Assembly: GCF_009914755.1 (NCBI RefSeq)
Contig: NC_060947.1
Origin: the human T2T-CHM13v2.0 reference genome, Homo sapiens
Length of the DNA stretch: 64,000 nucleotides
Strand: one strand, 5' to 3'
The notes under the pieces are model-generated. The model was not told the DNA's origin. It did not search any database and saw only the letters and a list, made by a program, of their open reading frames with translations. A program made the translations under genes and the position numbers. Positions 54,681 to 64,000 of this stretch are shown in pieces. Every line of letters begins with the position of its first letter. Position 1 is the first letter of the stretch.

Positions 54681-56213
54681 TCAAGATCATTGGGAAGCTT
54701 TTGAAGGATTTTGATCAAGAGTGCTTAGCCCAGTGGGATTGAAAAAAAAGAGAATGAACTTTCTCTGTTTATTGAGAGAACAGGAAAACATGTGAAACAA
54801 CTAAAGGACAATTTAGGACTATATATGATAAACAATACAGTTGCATGGCAATGTAGTGTCATTGAAAAATTCCTGGGCAAGGTGATAAAATACCTCATTG
54901 ATTTGCATCTATGGCTTATTTTCTTATCCTCTTCTTTTTACCGCTCTTCCTGGTGGCTGATTTTAACAACTGTTTAAAACAGATCTGTGTGTTTTCTTAC
55001 TATTGTTTTGCTTATCATGGGCTTCTACTTCTTCTTAAAATCTGTTTTACCTCTTTTTCCTCTTCATCCTGTGTAGCCTGAAAATCATTTTCTGTGACAC
55101 AAAGTGAGGAACAACGTATCTTATGTTATTCACCAACTTTGTACAATTGACCTTGTGTAGTTTTTCTATCCATTCTTTGCTTATCTTGCTCTGAATATAA
55201 TAACCAAATCATGTCCTTTCTGTCACCCTTATTAATATTTTTGCAAGCCATGATGAATTATGGGCCTTATTCCTTACTTCCCCTTTAAACTGTAGCAGGA
55301 GTAGAAGCTCCAGTTTCTTTTCACAGTAAAAGGGAGAGGAAAATATCTGGAACAGAAATGAAGGAAGGAAGAGTATAGGAAGATTTGTAGAAAAGAAAGG
55401 GATATTTACCACATAGTTTTTGTGAAGGTCAAATGAGTCAATACATGTCAAGTGTTTGAAATTAAGCCTTGCACACGGTACCTGTTCAACAGATGTTGAC
55501 TGTTATTATTTGAATGGTAATGATGGTAATGGTTTTATCAGTCAGGGTTCCAGAAGAAAACAGATGCCATTGAGTAATTGGGGGAGAGTTTAATACTGGA
55601 ACTACCCACAAAGTTGTGAGCAAAGAATAAGAAAACCACAAAGAATAGTGTATTACCCTAGGTATAATAATGACAGGTGCTTTTAGTACCCCTAGGCTGA
55701 AGAGGTACAAGTAGGAAATAATTTCTGGAACTTTATATGAGTATCTATAGCTATTAGAGAGAGCCACTGGACAGAAGCTGTGATCTTTGGTTGAAGGAAA
55801 CAGCCAGCTCACAGTGACTGTAGGGTGGAAGCTTGGAGAAAAAAATAATTCAATCATGCCCTCTTTCCTCATTTCGAAGTCTTGCGGGTAATTCTTATTG
55901 CCCAAACCCCAAACAAAAGCCAGAGAAGAGGGGAGCCCATTAATGAAATACATATAAACTAGGCTTCAGGGACACAAAGCAGAGTGGAGAAGTTTGAAGA
56001 GTGAATCTGGAGGACAAAATAGAAGATAACAGCATAATCATGAGGTTAGGTATTGAAGACAAGTTGCAAAGCATTTGTGGTATGACTGACAACTCGCTTG
56101 TCAGCATACCTGGAGATTTCCGTGGGAATATATGTAAGCTAGTCCACAAATAAAAGCCACCCACTTTGCTCCAGGGTTAAATTAATGACTGCTAGCCCAG
56201 AATGATGCCTTAA

Positions 56214-57752
<1,539 letters not shown>

Positions 57753-57754
57753 AT

Positions 57755-58925
57755 CCAGAATCTCACTGTGGTTTTGATTTGCAATTCTGTAATGATTATT
57801 GGTGTTGAGAATTTTTTATATGTCTGTTGGACATTTGTGAGTCTTCTTTTGAAGAATGTTTATTCGGATTATTTGCCCACTTTTAAATGGGATTATTTGT
57901 ATTTTTGCTCTTGAGTTTTTTTGGTATCTTAGTATATTCCAGATATTAGTCACTTGTTGGATTCATAGTTTGCAAATATTTTCTTCCATTCTACAGGTTG
58001 TCTCTTCAGTCTGTTGACTGTGGCAGGTTGACAGGGCCTGTTGTTAGGCTTTCCTATTGTGCACATGTGTACCAGTGTCAACAGGCAGGCTGGGTCGTTT
58101 CCCAGGCCCCCGGATAGCAGATAGTGTGCTTGGGTGTCAGTGTCAGTGGGCAGGGTGGGCCTGTTCTCAGGCCCCTCACTGTGCCTGGGCAAGCTGGTCC
58201 CAGGATTCATGAATGTACATGTAGACAAATGGCTTCCTTGCTGCTAGTGGTCAGTGGGGATGCCATCAGTGGCAGCAGCCCTAGGCAAGTGGCTCTCAGG
58301 ATCTGGTTACTGCATATTTTAGCTCCATATGTCCCAGAGGCAGCCTATCCAGTGCACTGCTAGAGTTCTGAGTATCTGGCTGCATTTATGGGTCCAGCCA
58401 GTGTCATAATGTTGCATTCCTCTGAGTGGGCATGAGAGGATGTCTGCAGGGCTTTTGGGATGTAGAGATGCAGGGTCTGTTGGGTCCCAGAGCAGGATGT
58501 AGTCTGGTGGGAGTCGTACTCTCAAAATGGCGCTGTGAAGCAGCTGCTTGGGTCCCAGAGTTGTATGTGGAACCCAGCACACACTCCTCTGGAATAATGC
58601 CAGGGTGTAGGCTTTAGGTAACTCCCTATACTCAGGGCCTGCAACAGCTGAGGGCTTCTCCATGGCTAGGATTACAGGAGTCTGTGGTGGGAACCTGAAC
58701 CACTGGGGATCTCTTGCTTGCTTTTCTTCCACACTGGGGAGTTCTTTTTGACTCTGCACTACTTTGCGTCCCTCTCCTTCCATGCCTTAGAGGTTTCCTG
58801 TCACTGCTTTGCTAAATTCCAGTGTTCTCTCTTAAACTCTGTCTTTGACATGTGATTATCTACTTGCTGTTTTTGTACTTCTCCGTGGATGAGTTGGGTG
58901 CTGGGTGCCTGTAGTAAACCATCTT
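57755..58925 (-). mobile_element. Old L1: ORF2 3' fragment (57755-58020) fused to an L1 5' UTR (58020-58925)
   Basis: ORF 57950-58228 ends 'VNRLKRQPVEWKKIFANYESNK'; 5' terminus 'gtagtaaaccatcttt'. Confidence 0.7.
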
Positions 58926-59049
58926 TGAAAAAAACGTTTTCAAATACATAAAGTACAATGCATTAGACTAAAAAAGGGACCCATTTTATGGAAATATACT
59001 TACCAAATCATTTTAAAGTTTGTGATAGAATAATGTGATTCTTAGCTAA

Positions 59050-59170
59050 GGGATGCTGGGCTTAATACCTAGGTGATGGGATGATTTGTTCAGCAAACCA
59101 CCATGGCAAATGTTTACCTGTGTAACAAACCTGAAGATGTACCCCTGAACTTAAAAGTTGAAGAAAAAAA
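59050..59170 (+). mobile_element. Short 5'-truncated L1PA 3' end within an AT-rich old DNA-transposon-like fragment
   Basis: 'gggcttaatacctaggtgatggg...cagcaaaccaccatggc...cccctgaacttaaaagttgaagaaaaaaaa'; TSD-like AATGTGATTCTT (59032-59043) / AATGTGATTTTT (59170-59181). Confidence 0.8.
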
Positions 59171-59432
59171 ATGTGATTTTTTTATTAAGTTCATTCAATA
59201 GGAAGATATTTCAGTGAGCCTAGTAGTTACTATAATCTAAAATTACTAATGAGCATAAGCAATATTTTGAGATTACTCTAATAACTAATATGTTATGCAA
59301 ATAACTGGAATTTTATTAGTGCAAAGCTATATATATATATATATATACACACACAAATACAATTAATTGTAACATTTTGCCTACATGCATAATTAAAAGA
59401 AATGCTAAATTTCAATTAGTGAAAATAAAAAT

Positions 59433-62400
59433 GGGGGGAGGTGGCCAAGATGGCCCTCTAGAAACAGCTTTGGTAGGAGGCTCCCACTGAGAAGAATGAA
59501 AACAGCAAGTGAATTCTGCACCAGCAACTGAAGTATCCAGGTTCTCTTGCTGGGACTGACGAGGCAGTTAGCATGACCCATGGAGAATAAGGAAAAGCAG
59601 GGTGGACTGATGGCCCACCCGGGAGCCACGTGGGGCAAGGGGAACTCCCACCCGCAACGAAGGGAGGCAGTGAGCAATTGTTCTATCCCACATGGGAAAC
59701 CACATTTTTCCTTCCACGGATTTGTGCAACCCACAGATCAGGAGATCCCCTCATGAGCCCATGTCACCAGGGCCTTGTGTCCCAAGCAGACATCTGTACA
59801 GATTATCAGTGGCCACTTGGCTGGGGACTGCCTGACTACTGAGTTCCCATGAGGAGAGGTGACGGCCATCACTGCAATTGCCTGCTGCCTGAGATGACTG
59901 AGCTCCTGGGGTGAAGGGCAGCACCCTCACTGCAGCTCCAGTCTGCCATTTTTTCCTGCTGGTGCCAGGGAGACTGGGCAGTTTGGAACCAGGAGGAATT
60001 CTCCACAGCACAGCACAGTGGCTGTGGCAGATCGTGGCCAGACTGCCTCTTTAGGCCAGACTCTGATCCGTCCTAACTCACTGGGCTGGTTCTCCCTGCA
60101 GAAACTTCAGCAACTCCAGCCAGGGTTTTGCAGACAGAAGTCTGATCTCTCTGGGACAGAGGCCCTAGAAGGAGTGGCAGCCATGGATGCCATGGATTAG
60201 TCGACTGAGTCTTTCCTCCTGCTGGCTCTGAAGAATCTAGGCAGTACGGAGAAGCAACATTACCCCCAGCACCAAGGGGCAACCAGAGGGCTTATTTAAG
60301 CTGGTCCCTGATCCCATGCCTCCCCAACTAGGCCACTCTAGGTGGTCCCCTAGATCACCCCAAAAGGGGTCTCTAGGCATCTTATACAGGAGTGTTCCTG
60401 CTGGTATCCTGTCAGTGCCAGTCTGGGACGGAGCTCCCAGAGGAAGGAGCAGGCAGCCATCTTTTCTGTTCCTCAGCCTCCACTGATGACACCTCCAGGT
60501 GTGGGAGGAACCCAGGTGAATAGGTTCTGGAGTGGACCCCTAGCAAACTTCAGCAGGCCTGTGGAAGAGAGGCCTGACTGTTAAAAGAAAAACAAAGAAA
60601 CAGAAAGCAACAACAACATCATCAACAAAAAAAAAAGTCCTCACAAAAACCTCATCCAAAGGTCAGCAGCCTCAAAGATGAAAGCTAAATATAAACTCAT
60701 GAAGATGAGAAAGAATTAATGAAGAAACACTGAAAACCAAAAAAGCCAGAGTGACTTTTCTCCTCCAAATGATCACAACACCACTCCAGCATGGACACAG
60801 AACTGGTTAGAGGCTGTAATGGATGAATTGACAGAAGTAGGCTTCAGAAGGTGAGTGATAATGAATTTTGCTGAACTAAAAAAGCATGTTTTAACCCAAT
60901 GCCAAGAATCAAAGAAACATGAAAAAAATTACAGGAGCTGTTAACCAGAATAACCAGTTTAGAGAGGAACATAAATGACCTGATGGAACTGGAAAACACA
61001 GCACAGAAACTTCACAATGCAACCACAAATATCAATAACCAACTAGTCCAACCAGAGGAAAGAATTTCAGATTTTGAAGACTATCTTGCTGAAATAAAAC
61101 AGGCAGACAAGATTGGAGTAAAAATAATGAAAAGGAATGAACAAAACTTACCAGAACTATTGAATTATGTAAAAAAACCAAACCTATGACTGATTGGGGT
61201 ACCTGAAAGAGATGGAGAGAATGGAGCCAAGTTGGAAAACATACTTTAGAATATTATCCAGGAGAACTTCCTCAACCTAGCAAGACAGGCCAACATTCAA
61301 ATTCAGGAAACACGGAGAACCTCAGTAAGATATTCCATGAGAAGATCAACCCCAAGACACATAATCATCAGATTCTCCAAGGCTGAAATGAACGAAAAAA
61401 ATGTTAAGGGCAGCCAGAGAGAAAGGCCAGGTCACCTACAAATGGAAGCCCATCAGATTAAAGGCAGACCTGTCAGCAGAAGCCCTACAAGCCAGAAGAG
61501 ATTGGGGGCCAATACTCAACATTCTTAAATAAAAGAATTTTCAACCCAAAATTTCATATTCAGTCAAACTAAGCTTCATCAGCAAAGGAGAATTAAAATC
61601 CTTTTCAGACAAGCAAATGCTGAGGGAATTTGTCAGCTCTAAGCCTGCCTTGCAACAGCTCCTGAAGAAAGCACTAAATATGGAAAGGAAAAGCCATTAC
61701 CAGCCACTACAAAAACACAATGAAATACAATGACCAGTGACACTGTGAAGCAACTACATCAACAAGTCTGCAAAATAACCAGCTAGCATCATGATGACCA
61801 GATCAAATTCACACATAACAATATTAACCTTTAATGGAAATTGGCAAAATCCCCCAAGTAAAAGGCACAGAATGGGAAGGTGGATAAAGAGTCAAGACCC
61901 ATGGTGTGCTGAATTCAAGAGACCCATCTCACTTGCAAAGACATGCATAGGCTCAAAATAAAGGGATGGAGGAAAATTTACCAAGTAAATGAAAAGCAGA
62001 TAGAAGCAATCTGTTGCAATCTTAGTTTATGACCAAACAGACTTTAAACAACAACAACAACAACAAAATCAAGAAAGAGAAAGAAGGGCATTACATAATG
62101 GTAAAGGGATCAATTCAACAAGAAGAGCTAATTATCCTAAATATATGTGTATCCAACACAGGAGCACAGATTCATGAAAGAAATTCTTGGAGACCTATAA
62201 AGAGACTTGGACTCCCACACAATAATACTGGGAGAGTTTTACATGCCACTGACAATATTAGACAGATCATTGAGTCAGAAAATTAACAATGATATTCAGG
62301 ACTTGAACTTAGCTCTGGATCAAGTGGACCTGATGGATATCTACAGAACTCTCTACCCAAAAACAACAGAGTATGCATTGTTTTTAGTGCCACATGGCAC

Positions 62401-64000
62401 TGACTCTAAAATTGATCACATAATTGGAAGTAAAACACTCCTCCACAAATACACAAGAACTAAAATCTTAACAAACAGTCTCTCAGACCACAGGACAATC
62501 AAATTAGCACTCAAGATTGAGTAATTCACTCAAAACCACACAACTACTTGGAAATTGAACAACCTGCTCCTGAATGCCTCCTGGGTAAATAATGAAATTA
62601 AGGTAGAAAAGAAGAAGTTCTTTGAAACCGATATGAACAAAGAATGTACTAGAATCTCTGGATGCAGCAATGTTGAGGGAAATTTATAACACTGAATGCC
62701 CACATCAAACAGCTAGAAAGAGCTCAACTTATCAAACTAACATCTCAACTAAAAGAACTAGAGAAGCAACAGCAAACAAATCCCAAAGCTAGCAGAATAC
62801 AAGAAATAACTAAGATCTGAGTGGAACTGAAGGAAATAGAGACATGAAAAACCCTTGAAAAAAATTCAATGAATCCAGGAGCAGTTTCTTGAAAAAATTT
62901 AAGAAATAGACCACTAGTTAGACTAATAAAGAAGAAAAGAAAGAAGAATGAAATAGACACAATAAAAAATGATAAATGTGATATCACTACTGATCCCACA
63001 GAAATACAAACGACCATCAGAGAGTACTATAAACACCTGAATGCAAATAAACTAGAGAATCTAGAAAAAATTGATAAATTCCTGGACACATTCACCCTCC
63101 AAAGACTAAAACAGGAAGAAGTTGAATCCCTGAATAGACCAATAACAAGTTCTGAAATTCAGACCGTAATAATCTATCAACCAAAAAAAATCCCAGGACC
63201 AGACGGATTTACAGCTGAATTCTACCAGAGGTACAAAGAGGAGCTGGTACCATTTCTTCTGAAATTATCTGAAAGAATTGAAAAGGAGTGACCCCTCCCT
63301 AACTCATTTAATGAGGCCAGCATCATCCTGATACCAAAACCTAGCAGATATACAACAAAAAACAAAAACTTCAAGCCAACATTCCTGCTGAATATTGATG
63401 CCAAAATTTTCAGTAAACTTTCAATAAAATACTGGCAAACCAATTCCAGCAGCACATCAAAAAGCCTACCCACCACAATCAAGTTTGCTTCATTCCCAGG
63501 ATGCAAGGCCGATTCAAGCCATGCAAATCAATAAACAGAGCTGAAGACAAAAACACATGATTAACTCAACAGACGCAGAAAGGGCCTTTGATAAAATTCA
63601 ACATCCCTTCATATTAAAAATTCTCAGTAAAGTAAATATTGATGGAAGATACCTCAAAATAATAAGAACCATTTATGACAAACCCACAGACAATACCATA
63701 CTTAATGAACAATAGCTGGAAGCATTCCCTTTGAAAACCAGCACAAGACAAGGATGCACTCTCTCAACACTTTTATTCAATGTAGTATTGGAAGTTCTGG
63801 CCAGAGAAATCAGGCAATAGAAAGAAATGAAGGTATTGAAATTGGAAGAGGAGAAGTCAAACTGTCTCTATTTGCAGGTGATGTGATCCTATATCTTGAA
63901 AACCCCATCATCTCAGCCCAAAAGCTTCTTAACCTGATAAGCAACTTCAGTAACATTGGAAAAATCAATATCATGAAAATGGCCATACTGCCCAAAGTAA
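59433..64000 (+). mobile_element. L1PA8A-13-like element with complete 5' end, degenerate ORF1 and ORF2; continues beyond the window
   Basis: Starts 'ggggggaggtggccaagatggcc' (YY1 site); ORF1 remnants 'MRRSTPRHIIIRFSK'; ORF2 from about 61790 ('atgaccagatcaaattcacacataac'); many stops; internal jump at about 63952. Confidence 0.92.

Overview
Eukaryotic, primate (very probably human) genomic DNA that is almost entirely interspersed repeats. I find no intact protein-coding gene, RNA gene or CRISPR array, and nothing that amounts to a new biological system. The only gene-derived feature is a near-full-length processed pseudogene of GOT2 (mitochondrial aspartate aminotransferase; 12326-14745, +). 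It has a poly(A) remnant and a 15-bp TSD and lies inside the endonuclease-coding part of an old L1. Two large nested retroelement clusters dominate the window. On + (about 10.0-25.5 kb), an L1PA15/16-like element holds two Alus, the GOT2 retrocopy and a 6.8-kb L1MA1/2-like element that itself holds a THE1B LTR. On - (about 34.8-52.0 kb), an L1PB4-like element holds an L1PA13-like element, an L1PA16-like element (holding an L1PA4-like element and an Alu) and a HERV-K(HML-2) LTR5_Hs solo LTR. The most unusual observation is a 260-bp inverted copy (about 96% identical, sharing private mutations) of a local L1 segment, pasted about 3.7 kb away into an L2 without TSD or poly(A), i.e. a templated insertion. 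Also notable are an unexplained polyadenylated insert at about 5.3-5.56 kb, a misplaced ORF2 fragment, two internally deleted L1s and an alternative-start ORF0 frame. Subfamily names come from recalled consensus diagnostics, not from a RepeatMasker run, and the boundaries of old repeats are approximate.
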